The position numbers and the translations under genes were made by a program. Below, one piece after another: positions 51,411 through 62,207 of a DNA stretch of 64,000 bases. The notes beneath the pieces are model-generated. The model worked only from the letters and a program-made list of their open reading frames with translations. It did not search any database and was not told where the DNA came from. Within the stretch, counting starts at the first letter, position 1; every line of letters starts with the position of its first letter. The DNA comes from Eutreptiella sp. 'Long Island Sound 2002' (taxonomy: Eukaryota > Protista > Euglenida). The DNA lies in assembly GCA_964036045.1 (NCBI GenBank), contig OZ038379.1, positions 57,908,001-57,972,000 on the forward strand, written 5' to 3'.

Positions 51411-52237
51411 GATGAAGCTACAACAATGAACGACGAAGCGAAATTTGGCAATGCATACCTACAGGGGAAGATGCCCGTAGACCCACCGAGCATTCAGGCA
51501 AGGAACAAATACCAAAATGGGACCCTAGGCATGGCCACAATGCACAAATCAAACGGGAGAATGGGGACACCAACGTTGAAAAGTCATACAACGCTGCGTC
51601 TGAACTACAAGAAACAGTAGGCTTGCAAATGGATACAAAAAGTTCGAAATGTGTACACCTAGTGGAAGGTGGCACCAACGGCTCACAATATGGCAACATG
51701 GCCCCGATGGGAAAGACAAGCCTTGGACGCGTTATAAAGGCAAGAAAGAGACAAAAAACATCATTTACGAACTTGGAAACTCATGGTGATGGATCTGGTT
51801 ATCTGGCCTGCGACACTTGTTCCAGTGGTGTTCCCAACGAGATTGTTCCGGCGGGAATTGTTCCCATTGGGAATATTCTAGTCGGGAACAACATTGGGTT
51901 TCAAACGCGTACCAAGGGTTTGTGCACGTTTGAGGGTACCAAAGTTAGAATGTGGTGCAGGGAAGGGTGAATAGTATTGTGTGTCGGCCGGCATGGTGCA
52001 TCATAGCGGGAAGATCTAGCATGTGGCTCATGGCATGAAAGGACACACGGACACACCATGTACACTCATTCATGCCCCGCATTCATGTCATGTGCATGTG
52101 TGCATGTGTGCCATTAACATTTTTTATTGTTCCGTATATCCCTGTGTCATACTCCTTTTCCCTTCCTCATTGTTCTCATGGGTTCTGAAGTATGGATGCG
52201 CCCACTTGGCCCGGTTGCGGCTGAGGGTGCGGCTTGA

Positions 52238-52460
52238 TTGCACTTCCACAGTGTTGCCGAGGCCCTCCGTTTCCTGCATTCCGAGGCGGGAGGGTCTTTG
52301 CGGCACCTCAAGCACACCCAAGTCGCCCGTGCAGCCAAAAGCGACAGCACCCGGGACGGCTATTCCTTCACCTTCAAGGAGCCAGTGTCCACTGTTTGGC
52401 CCATGCTGAACAGTTGTTTCCCTTGGGACCAGGGGGTCTGTCCTCTTGCCGTTTTGTTAG
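52238..52460 (+). other. Possible exon with NUMOD1/IENR1-like DNA-binding motif
   Basis: HFHSVAEALRFL...QVARAAK...GYSFTF resembles F.S..eAa..l......i..a......gy.f; followed by a candidate short GT-AG intron (about 52461-52501). Confidence 0.35.
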
Positions 52461-53346
52461 GTTCTTTAACCTTTTGAGTATGTTTAATATGCATGTAGCA
52501 GGTTACATGCGGATTGGGGGGGGGTGGATGGCAACCCCCTCTACGATTTCGACACGAGCGGGCCCCCAGGGGCATACGAGACGGGCGGTTGGGCGTGAGT
52601 GCCTACCCGCTGGAGTGCCCAGCCGATCTTGGGGCTCACGACAAGCCATGTGCCGCGGGGATGGACGGGTTGCAGCCTCCGGTGGAGCCTACGCGAGAGG
52701 GGGCCGGCATGGGTGGTGATCATGGCTGGATGCACCCCCGGGGTGGTGCTAAATCTGAGCTCTACAAGCGGCCCCGGGGGGGGAGTTCTTCTTTGAGGCG
52801 AGCAACAAGTGTGATCTTTGGAGGCCCGACGATCAATTCGACATGGAGTGGCGAGAGGCTGAGCCCAGGCGACTCCTACGACTGCCCCAAGGTTGATGTT
52901 GGGGGGGGGCAGTTCCAGGAACCAAGGGTCGGGGTCCCCAGGAGCCACCGAAACAATCACAACGGTGGGCATTCCGCCGAGGCCGAGGGGCCCTGGCCTA
53001 AGGGGATCGGGGCTGCTTCCCTTCCGGCGGATGCTGAGGAGGCGGAAGTGGGGGTAAGCATTTGGATTGCGGGCCCAAGTGTTAGTGGCAAAAGGCATGC
53101 GGCGGGGGCCGGGCTGTCGGGTGGAGGCCGAGGTCAGAAGCGACCCCGGGTGGCCGGCACTGGCAAGGGTGCTGGCGGGGCTCGCGGGGGTGGCCGTGTG
53201 GCTGGCCCCTAAACTGGGGGTCCCTTTTGACCGGATCTTGGGCCGGGGGGTGGTATTGGCGGAGAGGGTGATGGCGGCAGCCGAGGACTGGGGCGTGGAT
53301 GAGATTGTTTCTGTGATGTTGGGGGTATTGGGGGAGATGACCGAGG

Positions 53347-54786
53347 ATGCGTTCGACTCCTTGGCCCATCTGGGGACTTCGCCGCGACCGCGCAAGGCCC
53401 AAGTCTCGGAGGAAATACTCCGTAAGGTCCATGCTTGTCGCTAGGCCCGCGCGTCCGCAGCCGGCAGCCACACCCACTTTGGCATCATTTGGGCTGACTG
53501 CTGTGCGTTGCGCTTGTTGCGGTGCGAACATATGTGGTGTGCGACACTCTAGCACCAGGTGTAATGCGACTGTCGACGAGGCTTGTATGGCCCGTGTCGG
53601 CACCGAGGTACACAGCTTCACATGCACGTGTCGGGCTTGCAGGCGTGCACTAAGCGGCCACTTGGTGCAATGCCGGAAGTGCAACTTTCGGGTGCATGGT
53701 GAATGCACCACAGATGGCCTTTGCACCCTTTGTAGTGCCGCATGCGCTTCCAGTGGGAGTGCTACAGTGCGCAAGCCGCGCAAGTTCAATCCAAGGTGGC
53801 TCTTGTCAAGGCCTTGGCTTCGGTACGACCCGGTTTGTGTCTTGATGTGGTGCGAGGCTTGTCGCACGCATCCACAAATTGGCTGTTCGGTGCCTTTTGT
53901 CCAAGGTACCTCGATCTTCAAGCTGTTCTCTTTGAAAGAACATGGTAAATCGGGCACCCATTGCGTCTCTCTTGCCCTGTGGAAGACCGGTTGCCGTGTC
54001 AGCTCGGTAATTCGTACGTTGCCAACTGAGGTACAAGATGGGATCATGGGTTTGTTTCGCACGGTGTATAGACTCGTGCAATCCTATGAACCCATGACTA
54101 ACCTTGAGGGTAATTCTGAATTGGTAGCGCTCAATGGGGGCCACAATCTCCCCAGTTATCGCTCCCGCGTCTCAGGTGCTGAGATTTTGAGGTTCATTGT
54201 TCACCCCCTCCGTGCCTCGCAGGGTGCCATTGTGACTGAATGTGAATTTTTCGCCATCGCATCAGATTCGTGTACCGACCGTTCATCAAAGAAGGAGGAG
54301 CTTTTTTATGCTCGTACGGTCGTGGATGCACGAATGGTGACCAATTTTTTTTCATGCCAACCCCTCCCCGCGGGTAACGCCAATGGCATCGTCACCGCTT
54401 TGAAGCGTAGTATGGCCGCTGCCGGGGTGGATCTTGAAACGTGGTTGCCAAAGATTTTTTTCCATTGTGGCGACGGTGCAAGTGTTGTCCAAGGTGAACA
54501 TGGTGGGGTGGTTGCCATCCTTGGGGAGTTGCAGCAACAATTAACAGGGTATAACGTGATTGTGCCTTACCATGCGAGTTGCCACAGGTGTGACCTGGCC
54601 TTCAAGGCCGCCATGCAACTTGACCACGCGTTTTTGGATCTTTTGGCAGATACCCTGCAATCTGCCGCGTCATTTTGGAATAACGCAGCCTCTAGGCTAA
54701 AAACCTTGCAGACTGTTGCACAGAGTCTTGAGGCGGCTGCCCTGAAGTTGGGTGTCTTGCACACACTTGCCACCTCGAGGAAATAG
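53347..54786 (+). CDS. hAT transposase with N-terminal PHD-like fingers, C-terminally truncated
   Basis: CRAC...VQCRKCNFRVHGEC...CTLC (PHD); RKFNPRWLLSRPWLRYD...WCEAC (TTF-like zinc finger); FFAIASDSCTD, GDGASVVQGEHGGV, HASCHRCDLAF; stops just before the expected RW motif. True start uncertain. Confidence 0.9.
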   Translation: MRSTPWPIWGLRRDRARPKSRRKYSVRSMLVARPARPQPAATPTLASFGLTAVRCACCGANICGVRHSSTRCNATVDEACMARVGTEVHSFTCTCRACRRALSGHLVQCRKCNFRVHGECTTDGLCTLCSAACASSGSATVRKPRKFNPRWLLSRPWLRYDPVCVLMWCEACRTHPQIGCSVPFVQGTSIFKLFSLKEHGKSGTHCVSLALWKTGCRVSSVIRTLPTEVQDGIMGLFRTVYRLVQSYEPMTNLEGNSELVALNGGHNLPSYRSRVSGAEILRFIVHPLRASQGAIVTECEFFAIASDSCTDRSSKKEELFYARTVVDARMVTNFFSCQPLPAGNANGIVTALKRSMAAAGVDLETWLPKIFFHCGDGASVVQGEHGGVVAILGELQQQLTGYNVIVPYHASCHRCDLAFKAAMQLDHAFLDLLADTLQSAASFWNNAASRLKTLQTVAQSLEAAALKLGVLHTLATSRK

Positions 54787-54789
54787 CTA

Positions 54790-55090
54790 GCGCAAATGAA
54801 GTTGCAAAAAGCATCAGGTAATAAGCAGTTTTACACTTTTTGACAAAAAAAACCAAAGAGCAGTGTGTATTTCAAGGCAATGTGGATGAAAACAACCGAA
54901 AGGACATAGGAAGCGCAAATGAAGTAGCAAAAAACATCAGGTAATACGCATTTTTGACACTTTTTGACAAAAAAAACACAAAAAAAACCAAAGAGCAGTG
55001 TGTATTTCAAGGTAATTTGGATAAAAACAACCTCAAGCAAGTAGGAAGTGCAAATGACCTTGCAAAAAGCATCAGTTAATTGGCAAAAAT
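54790..55090. repeat. AT-rich tandem duplication in the hAT right subterminal region
   Basis: gcaaaaagcatcaggtaat...acactttttgacaaaaaaa...ccaaagagcagtgtgtatttcaagg repeated twice plus a partial third copy. Confidence 0.8.
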
Positions 55091-57474
55091 GACAAAAAAA
55101 ACACAAAATAAACAAAAATAAACATTAAAATCAGTACTTTACTGGCCACTGGCCAAAAACCCTTTGGCCAGTGTTTAATTCACCCGTGGCCACGGGTGCC
55201 TCACCCCTCCCTCAAAAACCTCAAAAGAGCAATCAAAAGTCGGAAGCACAAAATGTTTTATGCGGACAATTTTTTTTGGGGAGCAGGGGTGTGATGTGTG
55301 TGCCACTGGGTCATGCCTCTGTGAGCCATGTCGGACAAGGGTGCTGTGCATAATACGTTGATGGTGCCCATGCAGGTCTACCATCACGAACAACTATCTT
55401 GTCATGAAGACTCTTGGCTACAAAGGGCAGCCAATCAAGTACGATTCAAACAGCTAGCAATCTTGAACACCGCCATTTTGTATCTTTTTTCGTATGCATT
55501 CCGGGAGTAGCACCTATTTCTAGGTGGTTTATTTCTTGGGAAAGCATGGTAGAAAGCAAGTACATACAGTCTTGCACTTCATGGTGCCAATGCTTCTGGA
55601 AAACATTGTGGTGACTATTTCTCCGCGCCCACCATAGGTACCTTACTCCAGGGACTGTTGGTAGTGCAGGGATAGTGACCAATACAAGGACAGTGGGTGC
55701 TGCAAAGGTCGACTTGCCTCAATCATGTGCTCGGCATGCGGATCTACTGCCGTTGGTTTGCTTAACAAAGATGTCCCTATCAACAGAGTGTGGCAAGGCC
55801 CTATTGCCCACCCTTGCCACAACAAAGGCTGGCGCCATGGACCACGTGCAGTGACATGCTGTTGGCACCATTAGTAAAATCATGCCAAATTGTGATGTAG
55901 ACTAACACAAATGGTTCAATCTAGAGCTGAAAATTGAGGTGACGGATGTTGAGGTGTGCATTGCCTTTCGGACCACTCTGATTGACAGCCCCCACGAGGC
56001 CATTGATGGCGGTTGCTCAACCGGTTGACCGTTGCTCTTGGCCATCACATCTGCAATGCAAGGTTCTTGAGGAGTGGAAAAAGTTGGCCACATCTTGGAT
56101 GAGGCTTTTCACATTACACCTCTGTCCAATGTTGAGCAGTTTGCACTGTTTGATGGCCGTACCTCATATAATGCCGTCCCGAGATGGCCAAGGTTAGGAG
56201 ATTGCCACAATGATATGGTGGCGGCCAACCACAAGCTTGCTAAAGACCTTGTGCCAACAACCCGTTTTTGCTTCTTGGAGCCCCACTGGCCATCTCCAGG
56301 TCACAGAGGAAAGGCGAACAGGAAAATTTAATGTGAAAAATGATTGCAAATTTAATGATAAAAATGATTGCAAAAAACAAGATTCATCTCCTAGCTCACG
56401 GAACCATGGACGACGAGTTTGTGGTCAAATTGTTCGGGCCATCAGTGCATGATGCGAGCCATGTGATCCACTTTGCCCTACAAGATTGGTCAGCAGCCAA
56501 AAAGCGCCGCTTGTTGTGCGGCTTGTTGTGTTTCTATTGGGGCGTGCCTGCAAAAGATGCCTTCGGCGGCAATTCACAAGCGATTGATATTATGAGGTGT
56601 CAACTGCAGGAGTTTTGGCCACAAAATCTAGTTTGTTTGGTGAAGCCTCCGGTGCCAACCGTGGATCAACATCTGCAACAGCACCGGGCGCAATCTTTGA
56701 AGATGAGTGGGCGTTGCTTGTTCAGCCCTGAGTCTATACCTCCACAACTTGTTGTAGCCGTTCCTGTGGAGTTGCTGATTCATAAAACATTGTGCCCCAG
56801 CTTCTTGCAGCGGCGAGGACAATATAGGCCACAACTGAGGCCTTACATCTGAGACATATTACCTAGACACTGTGCACTATTGGGGCAGCATTGAATGGCA
56901 TGTGACCCCATGAAGTCTCTGGTACCCACAGCCCGAAGATTCCCAAGCCAATGATACCTTGACTTGCATCTTGTGCCTGAAAGAAATTTCGTTCTTCCCC
57001 ACCTGGGTACTGCTGTTTTCTCGCCCACCTGATTCCTTCCCACTTGGAGACCCCTGAGATTGCAGGGGGTTCTGTCTTTCTTTTGCCTGCCTGCAACCGC
57101 CCCCATTCAGCGCCAAGGGGCAGCCCTGGATCTGCCACATCTGCAACCAATCCATCACGTGTGATTGTGGTTTTAGTCCTGCAGGCCCAAACAGCTTTGC
57201 ATGGATACCTGCAGTCAGTTTCCTCTGCAACGAGGGCACTGAGTTTTTTTGCTGTGTGGTGTGAAGTTGGTGTACTGCACCTCGGCGGCAAGACTCTTGG
57301 GAGATGCCCGTCATTTTGACATGGTTCGCGTCTGGCAGTGTCTAGCACGGGGGGGGGGTTCACGTCCGGCGGCGTTCAGCACAGGGATAGGCTCGTGTCG
57401 GTTCAACGTATGGTTTGCTGGACACTAGCACCAACTCTGCCCAGGATCTCATTTCACCTCTACTCACCTCACCC

Positions 57475-57630
57475 TCACACCGCCCCACACACTGCCCCAT
57501 GCAGTGCTCCACACACTGCTGCACGCACCGCCCCATGCAGTGCTCCACACACCCACCGCCCCACTGAGTGCTACACACACTGCCCCATGCACTGCTTCTC
57601 CGTGCGATGCTCCATGCCCACCTCCACACA
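57475..57630. repeat. Short degenerate minisatellite (ccccatgcagtgctccacacac)
   Basis: Four to five imperfect units. Confidence 0.75.
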
Positions 57631-60099
57631 CTGCCTACCCGCTGGCCCATACCGTGCTCCGTGCATTGGATTTGATGGGGTCCTGGTGGTTTGAGGTGAG
57701 GTGGGGAAGTGCTTCTTGATACACTGCTGATACCTGTAATGACCTTCCCTGCCCCAATGCCCACTCCCAAGTGTGACCTCCTCCACCTCTGCCATGCACC
57801 AGGCATCTCCGCAGTGCACCAGTACATGAAGAATCTGAGTCTCAAGGGAGACTTCCGGGGTTTGTCTGCTCTGATGACCATCACAGGCAAGGCTGTGGAC
57901 CCAGATATCAATGGAAGACCTGTGCAGGGGAGCAGTGGGCTTTAGGGGCGGGTGGGGTGGGGCTGTTGTCGGAGTGCGCCCATGGATGGGGTGGTTTGGG
58001 ACACGTTGTGCAGTGTGTGCTGCAGCATGCCACAATAATCAAATGGTGTAATATTCCCATGTCCTCACCGATCTCCCACATTTGCAATTGGAGTACAGTA
58101 GGCGATATGTAGCCACTTTCAATGCCTTGTTTGCACAGTGACCACACCTACAAGTTGTTTTGTTGGATACACAATCAGGGACTCTAATCCAGCAGTCCCC
58201 TTAATGGTGGCGGTTGCACAGAGAGCATCAGGGGCTGTAGCGGCTGCGCAAGGCACAAAACACGCGGTGCACCCTTCTTGATGATATCTTTGACCTACCC
58301 CTCCCCTTCCTTGAACAATGCCTACCTGTGCACAGGCCCTAAGCAGGGACACTGTCGATCGCCAAGTTTTGGAGACGGACGGGTTTGCGCTTGTATCCTT
58401 TTTGGCATCCATCCCTACCCCAGCCCCCATCCCCCCCATCCCCCACCCCCCCTGAACAGTGAGTTTTTCAAGTAAGGGGTGTCTGAGGTGGTATGTCCAA
58501 AAAAAAAACCCTCTGGTGCATCTTGGGGGCTGTTAGGTACGTTTCAGGACGGCCAGCTTTCACATGTGCCCTGCACTGTAGCCTTCTGTTTGTGCTGATG
58601 GATTGTGGCATTTTTTTAATGCACGGCTGCTGTGCTGCCTCAACGATGTGCTGAAACGGAATCACATAGTTCCTCGAAGGACAGCGCGTTGCTTTAATTG
58701 TAAGCCAATCGTCTGTGCGGCATATACAACAGAATGGGACCTTATTGGTTGGTTCTGCATCATCCTCACCTTTACCCAGCTCCCCAGGCCCCGGTCGTGC
58801 CGCAAGTGGCACCGGCTATGTTGATGCCAGCGCGGGCGATGCCTGGCCCCTCCGTCCTGGCGCAGGCGCCGCGCCGCAACCGCAGGGGCACTGGCAGGCC
58901 ATCCGGTTGCTGGGGTGTTGCTGCAGAGCGGATATGGCGGGATACCTGGAGCTCTAGGAGGCGCAGCGCTGCCGAGGGCGGGGTCTGGGCACGGGTTCCC
59001 ACGTTCACCCCCTCAGGAGTTGGCATGCGTGGGGCTCTGCCAACGATGCCAATGGGCCCAAGCGTACCTCGGGGCCTCGGGCGCAGGCGGGGGCCGGGAG
59101 TGACAGAGGGGGCGCCACACCTCTCCCCCGCGGGGATCCTCCCCGTGAGTGCATCCGAGGGGCAGGTGCCAAACGTCCGGGGGCAACCCGTGCAAGAGGC
59201 CCAGGGTCCCGTGCCAGCGACCCATGTCCCACCGCCCAAGGTGGGTGCCCCGTTGGAGCCGCTGTCGCGGGGTCCTCTGTACCCGAGCGTGGGAGTGAAG
59301 AGGACTCCCGGCTGGGAGGTGATGCGGGAGCAGGTGTTGCTGCAGCACCTGGCAGCCTTCGGCCCAACGGGGCGCCGACCGGGCCGGGATCGATGCTTTC
59401 CCGCGGCCGGCCTATAGGTGCGCCTTCGGTCCCGGAGGGCAGTGTGGCCCTCGCGGAGGCGGACCTGCCAAGCGGGACGGGCAATGGCACTCCTGGAGGC
59501 GGAGCGCGTAGCATGGACGTCCGGGAGGCCGAAGGCACGCAACCCGGGGAGTAGAGTGCTAGGCTTGAGGTACCCGAGGAGTGGATGAGGGAGTGGAATG
59601 AGTAGAGGGAGATCGTTCCGGGGGTACCTTGCCCGGCAATCCTCGAGTACTAGATGAACTTGGGACGCTGGGAGGATCCGGCTGTCCATGCTTCTGCCGC
59701 TTGCGGCGAAGGGGCAGAAGGATGACGACGAGGACGGAGGGCGGACTGCCCCTGGCGCCGTTCCTGCCCCACCGGGAGCCAACGCCGCGAGAGCAGCCTG
59801 TTTCGAGGGGGTCCCCGTCGGCAGATCGGCAGCAGGAGCAAGTGGAGGAGGTAACGGAGAGCAAGGGGGCCGAGCGGGAAGGCCCCAGGGCGGACAGTGA
59901 CAGGGGGGCCTACAATTTTGGCGAATGGACCGTGGCGCTCCTTTTGAAGGTGACATGCCGGACATGAACGCTAGCATGGAGGAGCACCCGGGGCCCCTGC
60001 TGCCGATGCCGGCAGCCGTGGCACCACCGCCTCACCCGCAGTGTGAATAGCCGCTTTCTTGTTTCCACGCCACGGTGTGAGCCGACTAGCACCGCCTCT

Positions 60100-60650
60100 T
60101 CCCGTGGGCGATGCGGAATGCTGTGGGTCTCGCCCGGGCATTGCAGTGGTTTGAGCTCTCTCCGCTTGGGCAGGTGGCGAGGGTGGCGAGGCCAAGCTAC
60201 GTCAATGTAGCTGGGGGCTTAGGTCCATTGTGTCTAGCTGGGGTACGGGCCGATCTTGGGCCACCGCATTGGTAACCTCCGCCCGTCCGAGGACTGCCAG
60301 CACCCTTCGTCGTGCAGATGCCGGCACTACACGTCTACCAAGATGTGGGGCTAGAGGGCGTAGAAGAGGGCCCCCGCACGGCGTTCTAGAGCTGTGCTGA
60401 GGTGGGGCAAGGGGGGTTCACGTACTCCCTTTTTGCTTTGGGGATAGATGCGGTCCTCTGCGTCCTGCACCAAGATGCACCAAGAGGGGCTGTACATCAT
60501 CTTCGCCCCTGGCGACGCAGAGGTGGTGGCACTGCAACCTTTTCAACCGCCATCTTCGTTCCCATGATCTGTAGGTACTGGTTGGCGACTGCCGGTGCCT
60601 GGCTGAGGCTGTTGCTAGTCGCTTGTATGAGTCGACCACCACACCAAGGG
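60100..60650 (+). pseudogene. Tyrosine recombinase remnant
   Basis: GLSSLRLG (first R), HHLRPWRRRGG (HxxRRGG-like), RCLAEAVASRLY (RW.S....Y-like); frameshifted. Confidence 0.45.
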
Positions 60651-61025
60651 GATGGGCGTGCCCACCCTAGTGCCGCTTTTTGGCTGTGGATCGCAAGGCG
60701 GCTATGTTAGGGGAACTAGGAGGAATCACCTCGGAGAGAGGTTGTTAGATCAAGCACAGGCGCGGGCGTCGTATACCCCCCCTTTTTTGGGGTCATTCGC
60801 GTAGCATACCCCAAGGCATGATATTGGATGTCCAACCCGTTTTAAAATCATTATTTTGCCCAATAAGACCATCCCCCAATGGATTTTTTGATTCTGAGGG
60901 CTCTACCCCCTAAAAATGGATATCACTTTTCTGAGGGGGGGGTGGGTGGGGGGATGGGGCGGGGGGTCAAAAATTTTCGCTCAAAAGGCTACAAGCAGTG
61001 GAGAAGCATATTGCTATCACACCAT

Positions 61026-61092
61026 CAGCGGTCCAGTGGTAACGCAGCTGACGTAAAGTTTTTGGTCGGTGGTTCGAATCCTGGTCGGCCGA
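61026..61092 (+). other. tRNA-derived sequence (pseudogene or SINE head)
   Basis: A-box-like gtccagtggtaa and B-box ggttcgaatcc; no convincing cloverleaf or anticodon. Confidence 0.6.
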
Positions 61093-61118
61093 CTCTTGGC
61101 GGCGGCGGCGGCGGTGGC

Positions 61119-61197
61119 GGCGCCAAATTCGCCCGATCGGGGTTCGAACCGCCAACCAAAGGCACTCCGGCCGGCTGCACTACCACTCGGCCACTGC
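61119..61197 (-). other. tRNA-derived sequence (pseudogene or SINE head), inverted partner
   Basis: Minus strand: tggccgagtggtag (A box) ... ggttcgaacccc (B box). Confidence 0.6.
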
Positions 61198-62207
61198 TTG
61201 GTCTTAGATGCAAAGCCTCCCTGCTCCTTTGTGCCGCATCTGCCACTGACAAAAAACCCAAACTGTGTGTTTCTGTCTGACTGCCTGCTGGCCTGGCTAG
61301 GGACTGATTGGCTGACTGTCAATCTCTCTTCGAGGTGCACTGCCGAAGGCAATAGAATTTGCTAGAGGCGTGGCTCTGTGTGGCAATATTTAGGGTGGGG
61401 ATTTTGGTTGGTTTTATAGTGAGGCTGGGGGTGGGGGCTAGGTTGGGGTTCGCAGGGGTGGGGGATGGGGGGTGCTGTTTGGTGCTTTGTTGTTGCCATT
61501 CAGTTAGGGGGCATTTTTGGGTGTGTATGTTTGTGTGTAGCAGGGATGGATGTTTTAGTGATGCATTGCTTGTGGAGGGGGCGTGGGAGCAACGAGGATG
61601 AGGAGGTCTGAGATAACCAAATGATGGTCCATGAAATGCAGTTGTCCACTGCAAGTATGTGCAATAGTTGCGTGCATTATTGGAAATTCTGGCATCAGAG
61701 TTCGATGAATATGCATGCACACTTTTCCAGCATTGTCGTCAGTAGCCATTTTGCACGTTTTTTTTCGCTTTTGTTTGGTGCACGGCAATCATCAACAATA
61801 TCTGCCCCGCTCTGCAGCGAGATGGTCACCCCGGAAACCCTCTGGCTTTTTTGTTTTTTTGTACTTTCTCGTTTAGTCCGGGACATGGCTTTTTTGGTTT
61901 GCTTTTTGGTGCTGCTTTATGGCTTTTTTGGGCTATAATAAGTAACTGTCTACTGTTTGTTGTTGTTTAATTTTTGCCGTTGTAACCGTTTTTTTGGAAT
62001 GTTTTGCTTTGCGCTAAATGGAAACAATGAAAGGAGGCGCAAAAGCGTGGATAGCAGATGTGTGTCGACATGATTTCGACAACTGTACAAGGGCTGATTG
62101 CAACAATCACGAACAACGTGACAACAAGTAGGCCGCTAAGGCGGCTCGGTTTTCAGTATCAGAAGCTACATGAAGGCGGCAAAGGCGAGTTTGCGTGACG
62201 GCAAGGG

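Larger units (their letters stand above)
48871..51918 (-). mobile_element. Nested TIR element (about 3.05 kb) of an unclassified DDE family
   Basis: 34 bp TIRs at 48871-48904 and 51885-51918 (32/34 identical); flanked by tttgtgca on both sides (left copy offset by 2 nt); ttgttcc/ggaacaa subterminal repeats; one internal gene. Confidence 0.88.
48673..55188 (+). mobile_element. hAT DNA transposon, 6516 bp, with TIRs and 8 bp TSD
   Basis: Left TIR caagggtgaattaagtactggccaa; right TIR (reverse complement) cacgggtgaattaaacactggccaa (22/25 identical); TSD gccacggg at 48665-48672 and 55189-55196; actggcca subterminal repeats; internal hAT transposase. Confidence 0.93.
60770..61360 (+). mobile_element. 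Hairpin-terminated non-autonomous repeat family copy with tRNA-like internal segment
   Basis: 60840-60975 is homologous to 18690-18830; ends ctgccgaaggcaatagaattt at 61340-61360. Confidence 0.7.

Noticed and set aside
61026-61197. Functional tRNA genes
   Set aside because: Acceptor and anticodon stems cannot be formed convincingly; only the A/B boxes are retained.
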